Under the pieces are notes generated by a model. The model ran no database searches, was not told the DNA's origin, and saw only the letters and a program-made list of their open reading frames with translations. Both the position numbers and the translations under genes were made by a program. A stretch of 63,554 nt of DNA, the filler included. It is 6 parts of 6 records of this genome, joined end to end, with 100 filler letters (N's around TTAATTAATTAA, not from the genome) between each part and the next. Parts side by side here need not be neighbours in the genome. Positions count along the whole stretch, not along the records: positions 19,489 to 30,334 come from SRR2962707_4426; positions 30,435 to 40,194 come from SRR2962707_4432; 4 more parts are not named here. The stretch is one strand, 5' to 3'. Shown one piece after another: positions 20,020-30,435 of this stretch. Each line of letters starts with the position of its first letter. Within the stretch, counting starts at the first letter, position 1.

Positions 20020-21567
20020 ATGATTCCAGATCGTTCGCGGTTTCGCGCTGTCCTGTTTGTTCTGTTGGCGATGAGTGTGCTGACGGCGCCGTTTTTTGTT
20101 CCGGCAAAAGCCCAGACTGTGGCCGATGACACGGTCAGCGATACGATCGGCAAGATCTTCCGTGATGTTTTGGGCGGTGCACTTGAAGATAAGGCGCCGG
20201 CGCCATCAAGCGCACCGGCGCAGGATCAGGCTGCGGCACCACAGCGTGAGGTGCCGAGCTCACGTGCGAGCCTGATGCAGTCCTTTTCGCCTTTGGTAAA
20301 AGCCACTGCGCCGGCCGTGGTCAATGTCTACGCCGACCGTCTGGTCCAGCGCAGCGCATCACCGTTTGCGGGAGATCCGTTTTTTGAAAGGTTCTTCGGC
20401 CAGCGTATGCCCAACCGCACCGAAAAGCAGTCTTCGCTTGGATCCGGCGTGATCGTCCAGGCCAATGGCATTATCGTTACCAACAATCACGTCATCGAGG
20501 GTGCGGATGATATAAGGGTCGCACTCGCAGATGGCCGGGAATTTCAAAGCCGGGTGCTGCTCAAGGATGAGCGGTTCGATCTCGCCATTCTGAAAATTGA
20601 TGGCGACGGGAGCTTTCCGGTCATCGAGTTTGGTGACACGGATTCCATCGAAGTGGGCGACCTTGCGTTGGCCATCGGCAATCCCTTCGGTGTTGGTCAG
20701 ACAGTGACCGGCGGTATCGTCTCGGCGGTTGCCCGCAACGGCGTCGGGGTTTCTGATTTCGGATTCTTCATTCAAACCGACGCGGCGATCAATCCGGGTA
20801 ACTCGGGCGGCGCATTGATCGACATGAACGGTCGTCTCATGGGTATCAATACCGCAATTTTCACCCGTTCAGGCGGCTCCAATGGTATCGGTTTTGCCAT
20901 CCCCGCAAGCCTTGTCCGCGCCGTGGTTGAAACCGCAGAGTCCGGTGGCGAAGTGTTCGAACGCCCCTATGTCGGCGCGACCTTTGAAAGCGTTACATCT
21001 GACATCGCAGAAGCGCTCGGGCTTGGTCGCGCTGCCGGTGCACTGGTTTCAGATGTTGTCGACAGCGGACCGGCGGACAGCGCCGGCTTGCGAGCCGGAG
21101 ATATCGTGGTTGGCTTCAATGGTCATCCGATTGAACATCCCGATGCCCTTGGCTACCGTCTCGCCACGGCCGGCGCGAATACGTCTGTTGAGCTTGATGT
21201 GTTGAGCCGCAAGGGACACAAGACAGTTTCAGTCGCGTTGCAGGCGCCCCCCTCTGACGATCCGCGTGATCGCCGCACACTTGCAGGCGACAACCCGTTT
21301 GGTGGCGCCCTTGTCTCCAACATCACGCCGCGCCTGGCCGAAAAACTGCGTCTTCCCTCATCGTTGCGTGGCGTCATCGTCACCGAAGTCCCGCGCCAGT
21401 CACTGGCCGGCCGGTACGGGGTTCTCCCCGGGGATCTGATCGCCGAGATCAATGGCGTCGAGATCGCCAATGTCGATATCCTCGAGCGCGTGTTGGCGGA
21501 TCGCGCCAGCTTCTGGCGATTCGAGATCGTTCGCGGTGGCCGGCGCATCCGCCAGATCATACGGTAA
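20020..21567 (+). CDS. degP: Do/DegP-DegQ serine protease with two PDZ domains
   Basis: SLGSGVI, TNNHVI, IQTDAAINPGNSGG; ATG 20020 after GAGG. Confidence 0.92.
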   Translation: MIPDRSRFRAVLFVLLAMSVLTAPFFVPAKAQTVADDTVSDTIGKIFRDVLGGALEDKAPAPSSAPAQDQAAAPQREVPSSRASLMQSFSPLVKATAPAVVNVYADRLVQRSASPFAGDPFFERFFGQRMPNRTEKQSSLGSGVIVQANGIIVTNNHVIEGADDIRVALADGREFQSRVLLKDERFDLAILKIDGDGSFPVIEFGDTDSIEVGDLALAIGNPFGVGQTVTGGIVSAVARNGVGVSDFGFFIQTDAAINPGNSGGALIDMNGRLMGINTAIFTRSGGSNGIGFAIPASLVRAVVETAESGGEVFERPYVGATFESVTSDIAEALGLGRAAGALVSDVVDSGPADSAGLRAGDIVVGFNGHPIEHPDALGYRLATAGANTSVELDVLSRKGHKTVSVALQAPPSDDPRDRRTLAGDNPFGGALVSNITPRLAEKLRLPSSLRGVIVTEVPRQSLAGRYGVLPGDLIAEINGVEIANVDILERVLADRASFWRFEIVRGGRRIRQIIR

Positions 21568-21571
21568 GGCA

Positions 21572-22885
21572 ATGAGCGATCTGTTTGCCACGCCCGGTGC
21601 CGCGCCAAGCGGGCACCGCCCACTTGCCGACCGGCTGCGGCCCGCAACCCTGTCCGAGGTCGCCGGTCAGGCGCATCTGACCGGTGAGGATGGCGTGATC
21701 ACCCGAATGATTGCCTCGGGCAGCCTTGGCTCAATGATCTTCTGGGGACCGCCGGGGACCGGTAAAACCACCGTGGCAAGATTGCTCGCAGGCGAGACAG
21801 AGCTGGCGTTCGATCAGATCTCTGCAATTTTTTCAGGTGTCGCCGACCTCAAGAAAGTCTTTGAGGCGGCGCGCTTGCGGCGCATGAGCGGCCGCCAGAC
21901 AATGTTGTTCGTAGACGAGATCCATCGCTTCAACCGCGCCCAGCAGGACAGCTTTCTGCCGGTCATGGAAGACGGCACAATCGTTCTGGTTGGCGCGACC
22001 ACGGAAAATCCCTCGTTTGAACTCAACGCCGCGCTCCTGTCGCGGGCCCGGGTGCTGACCTTCAAATCCCATGATCAGGACAGTCTTGAAAGCCTGCTGG
22101 TGCGTGCGGAGGAAGAGACCGGCAAGCCGCTGCCACTCGAGCCCGAAGCTCGGCTGAGCCTGCTCGGCATGGCCGACGGCGATGGCCGTGCGGTGCTGAC
22201 GCTGGCCGAAGAGGTTTGGCGCGCCGCCCGGGAAGATGAGGTGTTTGATACCGAGGCACTGATCAAGGTCGTTCAGCGCCGCGCGCCGGTCTATGACAAG
22301 GGCCAGGACGGGCACTACAATCTGATCTCTGCCCTGCACAAGTCCATACGCGGTTCCGATCCCGATGCGGCGCTCTATTATCTTTGCCGTATGCTCGACG
22401 CCGGCGAAGATCCGCTGTTTTTGTGCCGGCGGCTGGTCCGCATGGCCTCGGAAGAGATTGCCATGGCAGATCCCCAGGCGTTGGTGATCGCCAATGCCGC
22501 CAAGGATGCCTATGATTTTCTCGGCTCGCCCGAGGGTGAGCTGGCTCTGGCGCAGGCTTGCGTCTATCTCGCCACCGCGCCCAAATCCAACTCTGTCTAC
22601 ACAGCCTACAAGGCAGCAATGCGTGCAGCCAAGGAGGGCGGATCGCTTCTCCCGCCCAAGCATATTCTCAATGCGCCGACCAAGCTGATGAAAGCCGAGG
22701 GCTACAACGAAGGCTATCGCTATGATCACGATGAGCCCGACGCTTTTTCCGGCCAAGACTATTTCCCCGAGGCCATGGGCCGCAAGACCTTTTACGATCC
22801 ACCGGAACGGGGTTTTGAACGAGATATCCGCAAACGGCTGGATTTCTGGAACAGGCTCAGGAAAGAGCGATCTGACAAGAGCTAG
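21572..22885 (+). CDS. rarA: Replication-associated recombination protein A
   Basis: PLADRLRP, WGPPGTGKTT, FVDEIHRFNRAQQD, GATTENPSF, ISALHKSIRGSD. Confidence 0.95.
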   Translation: MSDLFATPGAAPSGHRPLADRLRPATLSEVAGQAHLTGEDGVITRMIASGSLGSMIFWGPPGTGKTTVARLLAGETELAFDQISAIFSGVADLKKVFEAARLRRMSGRQTMLFVDEIHRFNRAQQDSFLPVMEDGTIVLVGATTENPSFELNAALLSRARVLTFKSHDQDSLESLLVRAEEETGKPLPLEPEARLSLLGMADGDGRAVLTLAEEVWRAAREDEVFDTEALIKVVQRRAPVYDKGQDGHYNLISALHKSIRGSDPDAALYYLCRMLDAGEDPLFLCRRLVRMASEEIAMADPQALVIANAAKDAYDFLGSPEGELALAQACVYLATAPKSNSVYTAYKAAMRAAKEGGSLLPPKHILNAPTKLMKAEGYNEGYRYDHDEPDAFSGQDYFPEAMGRKTFYDPPERGFERDIRKRLDFWNRLRKERSDKS

Positions 22886-22891
22886 GACATG

Positions 22892-23926
22892 ATGAGCAAC
22901 GCAATGCCTGACACCATCGCGAAGATCGGCATCATGGGGGCCGGGGCCATCGGGCTTTATGTCGGTGGCATGTTGGCCGAAAGCGGGGCGCGCGTGGTTT
23001 TTGCGGCGCGGGGACGGACGCTGGGGTCCGTTCAGCGCGGGTTGTCGCTGTCACGCTACGATGGCTTCAAGGCCACGCTGAAGCCGGAACAGTACGAGGT
23101 CGGCGAACCCGGAAACCTGGCCGATTGCCAGATTGTGCTGTTCTGCACCAAATCCGGCGACACTGAGACTGCGGCGCTTGAGCTTGCCAAATGGCTCAGG
23201 CCGGGTGCCACGGTCATCAGCCTGCAAAACGGTGTCGGTAACGTCGAATTGCTCAAGCGGCTGCTGGCGCCACATGAGGTGGTGGCAGGAACCGTGCCCT
23301 TCAATGTGGTCCGCCTGTCGCCCAATGCCGTCCATTGTTCGATGGAGGGGCGGGTTCTGGTAGGGCCGTCGGATGCCTCCACCAGATTGGCCGACCTGGC
23401 AGCACTTTCGCGTTTGCAGTTGGAAATCCATGACAATCTCGACGCCATGCAATGGGGCAAGCTGCTGCTCAACCTCAACAATGGCCTCAACGTCATCAGT
23501 GGTGTGCCACTGCGAAAGCAGTTCCGGGAGCCCGGCTACCGAATTGTTCTGGCGATGGCCATGGAGGAGTTGCTCACCGCTCTTGATGCCGCCGGAATTC
23601 GGGTTGTTGGCGCCACGCGCACCAATCCGCGACTGATCCCGAAGGTCTTGCGTCTGCCGACCTGGCTCTTCCGGATTGCCGCACGCCAGCAGCTGAAGAT
23701 GGATGACACCGCGAGATCATCGTCATGGGATGATCTCAAGGCGGGCAGGGAGCCCGAGACCCGCTTTCTCAATGGTGCGGTCTGTTCTCTCGCCGAGGCG
23801 CATGGCCGGACAGCACCGGTCAACGCACTGATCTGCCAAATGGTGGAGGATGCCTTCGCCGCCAAGGCATCGCCTGAAATGACCGGCGAAGAGCTTCTGG
23901 CAATGGCACGGAAGGCTGCGGCCTGA
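22892..23926 (+). CDS. 2-dehydropantoate 2-reductase (PanE/ApbA family)
   Basis: GAGAIG, TKS, SLQNGVGN, WGKLLLN, SS..DL..GR..E..FLNG. Confidence 0.85.
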   Translation: MSNAMPDTIAKIGIMGAGAIGLYVGGMLAESGARVVFAARGRTLGSVQRGLSLSRYDGFKATLKPEQYEVGEPGNLADCQIVLFCTKSGDTETAALELAKWLRPGATVISLQNGVGNVELLKRLLAPHEVVAGTVPFNVVRLSPNAVHCSMEGRVLVGPSDASTRLADLAALSRLQLEIHDNLDAMQWGKLLLNLNNGLNVISGVPLRKQFREPGYRIVLAMAMEELLTALDAAGIRVVGATRTNPRLIPKVLRLPTWLFRIAARQQLKMDDTARSSSWDDLKAGREPETRFLNGAVCSLAEAHGRTAPVNALICQMVEDAFAAKASPEMTGEELLAMARKAAA

Positions 23927-23956
23927 TTAGCAGGTGCGGCGCGATTTTGCCGCTCC

Positions 23957-23970
23957 TTGACTTGCGTCAA
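23957..23970. promoter_or_regulatory. FNR/FixK-type box
   Basis: TTGAC-TTGC-GTCAA, 57 bp upstream of the flavodoxin ATG. Confidence 0.6.
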
Positions 23971-24027
23971 TGCTGAAAGGGCGGGCGCGGCCCATGCTGG
24001 CCTCCAGTCATCACGGAGGATACATCA

Positions 24028-24576
24028 ATGACCGTTCTGGTTCTTTATGCCACGATTGAAGGGCACACCCGCAAGATTGCCGAACGTGCTGCCGCCAAGC
24101 TCGAGGGAGCCGGGCAAGGCGTGGTATTGGGCAATATTCGCGAACCCGGCTTTGCCATTCCTGGTCGCTTTGACGGCGTCCTGATCTGCGCACCAATTCA
24201 CATCGGGCGCTATCCATCGCCGGTAGCGCAGTTCCTGACCGACTGGAAGGATGCACTTGCGCAAGTCCCCACAGCGCTGGTTTCGGTCTCGCTTGGCATA
24301 CACAGCGAGAGCGCCGAGGAAAGGGCCGAGGCGGAGGCCTATCCAGCCAAGCTGGAAAAGAAGACCGGATTTCACATCGCCAAGGTGCATCATGCAGCCG
24401 GCGCTCTGAAATATCTCGAGTATGATTTTTTCAAGCGCGCACTGATGCGTCAGATCGTGGCCAGGGAAGGCGGCCCTGTCGACACCAGCCTGGATCATGA
24501 GTTCACCGACTGGGCAGCACTTGATGCCTTCGTTCAAGACTTCGCCGATGATGTCGCCTTGGCACAAAAGGCATAG
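24028..24576 (+). CDS. HemG-like flavodoxin-domain protein (possible protoporphyrinogen oxidase)
   Basis: LYATIEGHTRKIA FMN loop, AGALKY.EY.FFKR..M, EFTDW. Confidence 0.8.
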   Translation: MTVLVLYATIEGHTRKIAERAAAKLEGAGQGVVLGNIREPGFAIPGRFDGVLICAPIHIGRYPSPVAQFLTDWKDALAQVPTALVSVSLGIHSESAEERAEAEAYPAKLEKKTGFHIAKVHHAAGALKYLEYDFFKRALMRQIVAREGGPVDTSLDHEFTDWAALDAFVQDFADDVALAQKA

Positions 24577-24714
24577 TTTTCGGCTGCATCGATGACTGGA
24601 GCACAATTCCAAAGTGTTGCAGCGCCGCGCATCCCATCGGATGCGCGGCGCTGCGCTCGCCGATGGTTTGCCGGATCCCTTTATTGCCATGCGGATTTCC
24701 GCTAAGCGGTAATG

Positions 24715-25089
24715 ATGAATTCTCTTGTGCTCGTCTTTATTGGTGGTGGCCTCGGGGCTGTGTCGCGACATCTCGCTGGGATGGCGGTGATGCGTGCCTC
24801 CGGTCCCGGGTTTCCCTGGGGCACGATGGCGGTCAACATCATCGGTTCCTTCGTTATGGGCTGCCTGATTGCCTGGCTGGCGCGGCGATCATCGGGCGAT
24901 GCGGACCTTCGTTTGCTGCTGGCAACCGGATTTCTCGGCGGTTTTACCACATTTTCCGCCTTTTCACTCGATGCGGTGACGCTTTACGAGCGTGGCGCGT
25001 TGACGGCGGCGGCTGCCTATGTGATTGCCAGCGTCACAGTTTCCATTCTTGCGTTGTTTGGCGGGCTTTGGCTGGCGCGCCAGCTCTGA
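24715..25089 (+). CDS. crcB: Fluoride efflux channel Fluc/CrcB
   Basis: GGGLGA..R, FPWGT..VN..GSF, TGFLGGFTTFSAFS. Confidence 0.95.
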   Translation: MNSLVLVFIGGGLGAVSRHLAGMAVMRASGPGFPWGTMAVNIIGSFVMGCLIAWLARRSSGDADLRLLLATGFLGGFTTFSAFSLDAVTLYERGALTAAAAYVIASVTVSILALFGGLWLARQL

Positions 25090-25114
25090 TACGCAGATCA
25101 AAGAGATAATCGAT

Positions 25115-26104
25115 ATGGCGGGCGTACAGCTCAAAAAAGTAGATCCAGACGAAGCGGGCATGCGTCTCGATCGCTGGTTCAAGGTGCATTTTCCGGGTCT
25201 CGGTTTCGGGCCGCTGCAAAAGCTGCTCAGATCCGGCCAGGTCCGTGTGGATGGCGGCCGGGTCAAATCCGACGCGAGGGTGCAGCCGGGGCAGACCATC
25301 CGGGTTCCGCCGATGGATGTCGACGAGAAATCGACTGCCCCGCTGACCGCCAAGACCATTCGCAGCCAGAATGACCACGAAGTGCTCAGCCAGATGCTAT
25401 TGCATGAAGATGCAAAAGTGCTGGTCTTCAACAAGCCTGCCGGTCTTGCCGTGCAGGGCGGCTCCGGCGTCACTCGCAATGTCGACGAAATGCTGGAAGC
25501 CTGGCGTAACAAGAAGGGCGAAAAGCCACGCCTTGTGCATCGGCTCGACCGTGATACCGCCGGCGTTCTGGTGGTTGCGCGCACCAGAGGGGCTGCACAG
25601 TCGCTGACAGCTGCTTTCCGCGAGCGCACCACCAAGAAGACCTACTGGGCGCTGGTCAAGGGCGTGCCGCGAGACAAGGAAGGCAAGATCTCCACCTGGT
25701 TGATCAAGGAAGCCACCGACGATGGCGACCGGATGCGCGTTGCCAAGCATGGCGAAGAGGGCGCCGATCACGCGGTGTCCTATTACCGCATCATCGACAA
25801 GGCCGCCCAGAGCCTCGCCTGGCTTGAGTTTGAACCCTACACCGGCCGCACCCATCAGCTTCGGGTGCATGCGCTGCACCTCGGTCATCCGATCATTGGC
25901 GATCCGAAATATTTCGAGTTCGACAAGAACTGGGAATTCCCCAGCGGCATGCAGAATCGGCTGCATCTGCTGGCGCGCCACATCTCCATTCCTCATCCCG
26001 ACGGCGGCCGCCTCTCCGTCACCGCGCCGTTGCCGCCGCATATGGTACAAAGCTGGAACCTGCTCGGCTTTGAGGAATCGACAGCCGGGGAGCCGGACGA
26101 ATGA
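25115..26104 (+). CDS. RluA-family (RluC-like) pseudouridine synthase
   Basis: MRLDRWF S4 domain, NKPAGLAVQGG, HRLDRDT, TGRTHQLRVH. Confidence 0.92.
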   Translation: MAGVQLKKVDPDEAGMRLDRWFKVHFPGLGFGPLQKLLRSGQVRVDGGRVKSDARVQPGQTIRVPPMDVDEKSTAPLTAKTIRSQNDHEVLSQMLLHEDAKVLVFNKPAGLAVQGGSGVTRNVDEMLEAWRNKKGEKPRLVHRLDRDTAGVLVVARTRGAAQSLTAAFRERTTKKTYWALVKGVPRDKEGKISTWLIKEATDDGDRMRVAKHGEEGADHAVSYYRIIDKAAQSLAWLEFEPYTGRTHQLRVHALHLGHPIIGDPKYFEFDKNWEFPSGMQNRLHLLARHISIPHPDGGRLSVTAPLPPHMVQSWNLLGFEESTAGEPDE

Positions 26105-26748
26105 AACTGGTCCTGTTTGATTGCGACGGCACCATCGTCGACAGTGCCGCGGTGATCCATGCCTGCATGGAGCGGACATTCGAAGATTTCGAGGCAGAAC
26201 GGCCCTCGCTTGATCTGACCAAGTCGATCATCGGCTTGACGCTGGACATTGCCATCGCGCAAATGCTCAACCGCCCGGTAGATGCACAAATTTCGGCCAT
26301 GACTGCCCGCTACAAGGAGCACTTCATGCTGCACCGTCAAAATGGCGGCGCACTTGAACCCGCTTATGACGGTCTGCTGCCATTGATTGCGGCCCTTGCC
26401 GCCCGTGATGATGTGATCCTTGGTGTGGTCACCGGCAAATCGCGCCGCGGGCTTGATGCGATCCTGGCCCATCACAGCCTGACGAAAGCATTCTTCACCA
26501 CCCGCACCGCCGACGATTGCCCATCCAAGCCGCATCCGGCCATGGTACTGGAATGTTGTGCGGAAGCCGGCATTGATGCGAAACAGACCACCGTGATCGG
26601 TGATGCCATCTATGACATGCAGATGGCCGTCAGCGCTGGTGCGAGGCCGGTGGGCGTGTCCTGGGGCTACGGACCGGCGGAGGCGCTCAAGGCCGCTGGT
26701 GCGGCGCATGTGGTCAACCATGCCGGTGAACTGGCCGCCCTCATCTGA
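26101..26748 (+). CDS. HAD-IA hydrolase (Gph-like)
   Basis: FDCDGTIVDS, KPHP, IGDAIYD. Confidence 0.9.
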   Translation: MKLVLFDCDGTIVDSAAVIHACMERTFEDFEAERPSLDLTKSIIGLTLDIAIAQMLNRPVDAQISAMTARYKEHFMLHRQNGGALEPAYDGLLPLIAALAARDDVILGVVTGKSRRGLDAILAHHSLTKAFFTTRTADDCPSKPHPAMVLECCAEAGIDAKQTTVIGDAIYDMQMAVSAGARPVGVSWGYGPAEALKAAGAAHVVNHAGELAALI

Positions 26749-26765
26749 CGACAGGAGACACGATC

Positions 26766-27554
26766 ATGCGTGACATACTCAGCGATCTTGATCTGGGAGA
26801 CGCAAAGCCGTCCGATCCGGTCCGCGAAATCCAGGCAGGTATGAAAAAAGTCCTGCCCAAGCGGTTTTACAAGCAGGCCACAGTCATTTCCGGAAAAGAA
26901 GGCGGTTTCGTCGTCGCGCTCGACGGCAAGCCAGTGCGCACGCCGTCCCGCAAGGAACTCGGCGTTCCCCAGGCCGATCTGGCTGCGGCCCTGGCTGCGG
27001 AATGGGAGGCGCAGAAAGACAAGATTGATCCGGCAACGATGCCGCTGACCCGGATGATCAACACCGCAATCGATGCTGTGGCCACAGCTCAGGAAGAAGT
27101 GTTTGAGGACATCCTGCGCTACGCCGGTTCTGATCTTGTGTGCTACCGTGCAGATACGCCCGAAGCTCTGGTTGCCCGCGAAGGCGAGCTCTGGGATCCC
27201 TATCTCGATTGGGCGGCAAACATGGGCGCGCGGCTGGTGCTGTCGGAAGGCATCATTCATGTCGAACAGCCTCCAGAGGCTGTCCGCGCCATTGCCGTGC
27301 TGCTTCGCCGCTATGCCACGCCGCTGCAGTTGACCGCCTTGCACACGATTACCTCGCTGACAGGCTCGCTGATCCTGGCCTTGGCGCTGGCTGAGGGGCA
27401 GGGGGAAGCGTCCGAGATATGGGACGCTGCTCATGTCGATGAGGATTTCAACATCGCTCACTGGGGCGAAGACCATGAGGCCACGGCGCGCCGCGCCAAG
27501 CGACTGATCGATTTCGAAGCGGCAAGCCTGATCCTGTCGGCGCACAAATCCTGA
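26766..27554 (+). CDS. ATP12 family chaperone
   Basis: PKRFYK, LDGKPVRTP, AAEW..Q, MPLTR, DLVCYRA, WGED.EA. Confidence 0.92.
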   Translation: MRDILSDLDLGDAKPSDPVREIQAGMKKVLPKRFYKQATVISGKEGGFVVALDGKPVRTPSRKELGVPQADLAAALAAEWEAQKDKIDPATMPLTRMINTAIDAVATAQEEVFEDILRYAGSDLVCYRADTPEALVAREGELWDPYLDWAANMGARLVLSEGIIHVEQPPEAVRAIAVLLRRYATPLQLTALHTITSLTGSLILALALAEGQGEASEIWDAAHVDEDFNIAHWGEDHEATARRAKRLIDFEAASLILSAHKS

Positions 27555-27790
27555 AGCGATAAAACGATCTGCCTGTCGCCGGTTCAGCCGGGCTGTAGAT
27601 GGACGTCTTCGGTGCGTTGGAACTTGCCGCCGGACGGATCTCTCCGGGCGAATGAAACGCCCGGCGGATCGAGCGCGGGCTGCCGGAGTCTTCCATGCGA
27701 TAGCACTCCCAAAGCAGATGCCTCTCTGGACATTCGTGATCCACTTTGGTCATGTTGCCTGATGCTGCAAGAGACAGAGAGGACGGCTCT

Positions 27791-28246
27791 ATGACGGATG
27801 ATGCTTCGACAGGCTTCATAGATCCCACCAAAGAGGCTTTTGCGCTTTTTCGCGGGCTCGAACGCACAGGTCCGGTGCATATGCTCAATCTCGTGAAATT
27901 TCGCGAGCGCGCGGCCTATGATGATGGCACCATTGCTACCGGTGCCGAGGCCTATGCCAACTATGCACGCGAAAGTGGACCGGTCTTTGAACGGCTCGGA
28001 GGCCGTCAGGTTTGGGTTGGAACCCCCGAACTCATGCTGATTGGCCCCGACAGCGAAGCCTGGGATCTGGCGTTCATTGCGGAGTATCCAGACAAGGATG
28101 CCTTTGTCTCCATGGTCCGCGACCCGGATTATCGCAAGGCCGTCCGACACCGCCAGGCAGCTGTCGCTGATTCACGACTGATCCGTATGGAGCCTGGTGT
28201 CCCCGGCGCTCATTTCGGTGCGATGAGTGGCAGCAAGGCGATCTGA
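27791..28246 (+). CDS. DUF1330-domain protein
   Basis: IDPT...GPVHMLNLVKFR...WDLAFIAEYP...HRQAAVADSRLI. Confidence 0.8.
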   Translation: MTDDASTGFIDPTKEAFALFRGLERTGPVHMLNLVKFRERAAYDDGTIATGAEAYANYARESGPVFERLGGRQVWVGTPELMLIGPDSEAWDLAFIAEYPDKDAFVSMVRDPDYRKAVRHRQAAVADSRLIRMEPGVPGAHFGAMSGSKAI

Positions 28247-28394
28247 TCGAAATTAGCAGATGAAGCCCGATGCAAGCAGGCATGCAGTGAGTTTTTACTG
28301 GTCTGATTTGGGCGAATTTCAAACATTTTAACCATCCGCTAACTATAAAATGTGATTTTCCGGGCAGTGGAACAGCCCCTCCCGGAGTATTGGC

Positions 28395-29255
28395 ATGCAG
28401 CAAGATCAACAAATTTCTTTGCGTTTCTTGCAGGCGTTGCTTCTGGTTTTTCTCGCTGCCGCGCTTTCGGCCTGTGCCGGCAGGCCCAAGCCGATCGATC
28501 CGAGCCGACCCTATACCGTTACGGAAGTGCGGGTCATCGCCGACAGGATTGATAACAGCTACTTCGCCGAGCGCCTGCAGACCAGGCTGGAGGCCAGTGT
28601 AGGCCGTGCAACAGCAGATGTCGGTCAGACATCCAACCTCAGGGTATTGGTGCTCGACCGTCGCGAGGACCGGTCCCCGGTCTATTTCCTCGGCGGCATG
28701 TCGCAATCGGTCAGCCTGGATCTGACGCTCGTTGATTCGGACACCGGACAGGTGCTGTTGTCAGAGGTCTTGCATCTGAACTTCACCGACTTCAATGGAT
28801 CGAACGCCGAAACCGTGCTGATCAGCCGGCTGACAGATGACATCCGCGGGCTTCTGGGCTTGTCGGGCTATACCCCGTATCCGGTCAGTGGCGCCAAACG
28901 CGACGTGGTCTGGCCGGGCAGCAGACCTGATAATGCTGATGTCAATGATGAGGCTCGGCGTTCGGTTGATCCGTTGCTCAACGGAACAGTCACTCCAACC
29001 ACGATGGTGCTTGATGTCGAGCCGGAGACCGCGCCTGTAATGGACTATACCAAGCCTCTGCTTGAGGTCCGGCCAGCAGTCAAACCGGCTATTCCGGCAT
29101 CCACAGTCACGCCCACCCCTTCCAGCCCGGCGCGGCAGACGATAAAACTGCCTGTCCGGAAATCATCCACAGCGATGGCAGGCGATGGCACGGATCTTGA
29201 TGAACCCTGTGTGATAACGCTTGAAAATGATTGCAGCGATCCCGGCAGCCTTTGA
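28395..29255 (+). CDS. Hypothetical lipoprotein
   Basis: Hydrophobic N-terminus with LSAC lipobox; Pro/Thr-rich tail. Confidence 0.65.
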   Translation: MQQDQQISLRFLQALLLVFLAAALSACAGRPKPIDPSRPYTVTEVRVIADRIDNSYFAERLQTRLEASVGRATADVGQTSNLRVLVLDRREDRSPVYFLGGMSQSVSLDLTLVDSDTGQVLLSEVLHLNFTDFNGSNAETVLISRLTDDIRGLLGLSGYTPYPVSGAKRDVVWPGSRPDNADVNDEARRSVDPLLNGTVTPTTMVLDVEPETAPVMDYTKPLLEVRPAVKPAIPASTVTPTPSSPARQTIKLPVRKSSTAMAGDGTDLDEPCVITLENDCSDPGSL

Positions 29256-29276
29256 ATACATCCTGACGCCGCTGAC

Positions 29277-29309
29277 AAAAAAAGCCGGGACCAATGGATC
29301 CCGGCTTTT
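29277..29309. terminator. Bidirectional intrinsic terminator
   Basis: AAAAGCCGGGA-8nt-TCCCGGCTTTT between convergent genes. Confidence 0.8.
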
Positions 29310-29330
29310 GTCGTTCTGGCTCAGGAATTG

Positions 29331-30164
29331 TCAGCCCAGCCGCTCAGCGTGCCAGGCCAGGTGGTCTTCCATGAAGGTCGAGATGAAATTGTAGGAGTGG
29401 TCATAGCCCTCCTGCATTCTCAGCGTCAGACCGATGTCCGTGCCCTGGCAGGCTTCTTCAAGAAGCCAGGGACGCAGGCCGTTTTCAAGAAATCCGTCGG
29501 CGGTTCCCTGATCCACCAGAAACTCCGGAAAGCGTGCGCCGTCCTCGATCAACTGCGTGGCGTCATAGCGCCGCCAGGCAGCCTCGTCGGTGCCGAGATA
29601 TTTTTCCAGCGCCGGGCGTGACCAGTCTGCGGTTGACGGCTGGACGATCGGTGCGAAGGCCGAGCAGCTCTTGAACCGGTCGGGATGCTTGAGCGCCAGG
29701 GTCAGTGCACCATGACCGCCCATGGAGTGGCCCATAACGCTCTGGCGTCCCATGTCGGACGCAAAATGAGCGGCGATCAGCTCCGGCAATTCCTCAAGGA
29801 TATGGGTCTCCATATTGAAGTGCTTTGACCATGGCTCTTGCGTCGCATCGAGATAAAACCCTGCACCCTTGCCGAATTGCCAGTTGTCCGGTTCATCGGG
29901 CACATGGTCGCCGCGCGGGCTGGTGTCAGGGCAGACGATGATCAGCCCGAGCTCTGCTGCCATCCGCCGGTATTCGCCCTTGTCCATCACGTTGGCGTGG
30001 GTGCAGGTCAGTCCCGACAGAAACCAGACGACAGGACACAACTGCTCCTTGGCCACCAGCGGCTGAAACACCGCGAAATTCATGTCGCAGCCGCAGGCTT
30101 CTGATTCCATTGAATAGACACCCTGGCGTCCGCCATGGGCCTTGGCTTCCGAGATGATTTTCAT
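29331..30164 (-). CDS. fghA: S-formylglutathione hydrolase
   Basis: LSGLTCT, PDTSPRG, GAGFYLDAT, GHSMGGHGA, GYDHSY. Confidence 0.95.
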   Translation of the reverse strand: MKIISEAKAHGGRQGVYSMESEACGCDMNFAVFQPLVAKEQLCPVVWFLSGLTCTHANVMDKGEYRRMAAELGLIIVCPDTSPRGDHVPDEPDNWQFGKGAGFYLDATQEPWSKHFNMETHILEELPELIAAHFASDMGRQSVMGHSMGGHGALTLALKHPDRFKSCSAFAPIVQPSTADWSRPALEKYLGTDEAAWRRYDATQLIEDGARFPEFLVDQGTADGFLENGLRPWLLEEACQGTDIGLTLRMQEGYDHSYNFISTFMEDHLAWHAERLG

Positions 30165-30222
30165 GGCTATGCCGTCCGGTTGTTGATGGGTGGGGAGGTG
30201 GCCGCAGCAGTAACGCTGCGTC

Positions 30223-30334
30223 TCAGTAGACCACGACGCTGCGGATGCTCTCGCCCTTGTGCATAAGGTCGAAGGCCTCGTTGATGCCTTCCAGCCCCAT
30301 GGTGTGGGTGATCATCGGATCGATCTCGATCTTG
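30223..30334 (-). CDS. frmA: S-(hydroxymethyl)glutathione dehydrogenase, 3' partial
   Basis: [36 protein letters not shown], directly upstream of fghA. Confidence 0.9.
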
Positions 30335-30434
30335 NNNNNNNNNNNNNNNNNNNNNNNNNNNNNNNNNNNNNNNNNNNNTTAATTAATTAANNNNNNNNNN
30401 NNNNNNNNNNNNNNNNNNNNNNNNNNNNNNNNNN
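30335..30434. other. Artificial contig spacer
   Basis: N44-TTAATTAATTAA-N44. Confidence 0.98.
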
Positions 30435-30435
30435 A

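Noticed and set aside
24640-24714. Fluoride riboswitch upstream of crcB
   Set aside because: GCCGATGG and TAATGA fragments are present, but I could not build the P1/pseudoknot pairing; an Rfam crcB scan would decide
27555-27790. sRNA or small ORF around the CCGGGCG/CGCCCGG hairpin
   Set aside because: A single short hairpin and no recognisable motif are not enough support
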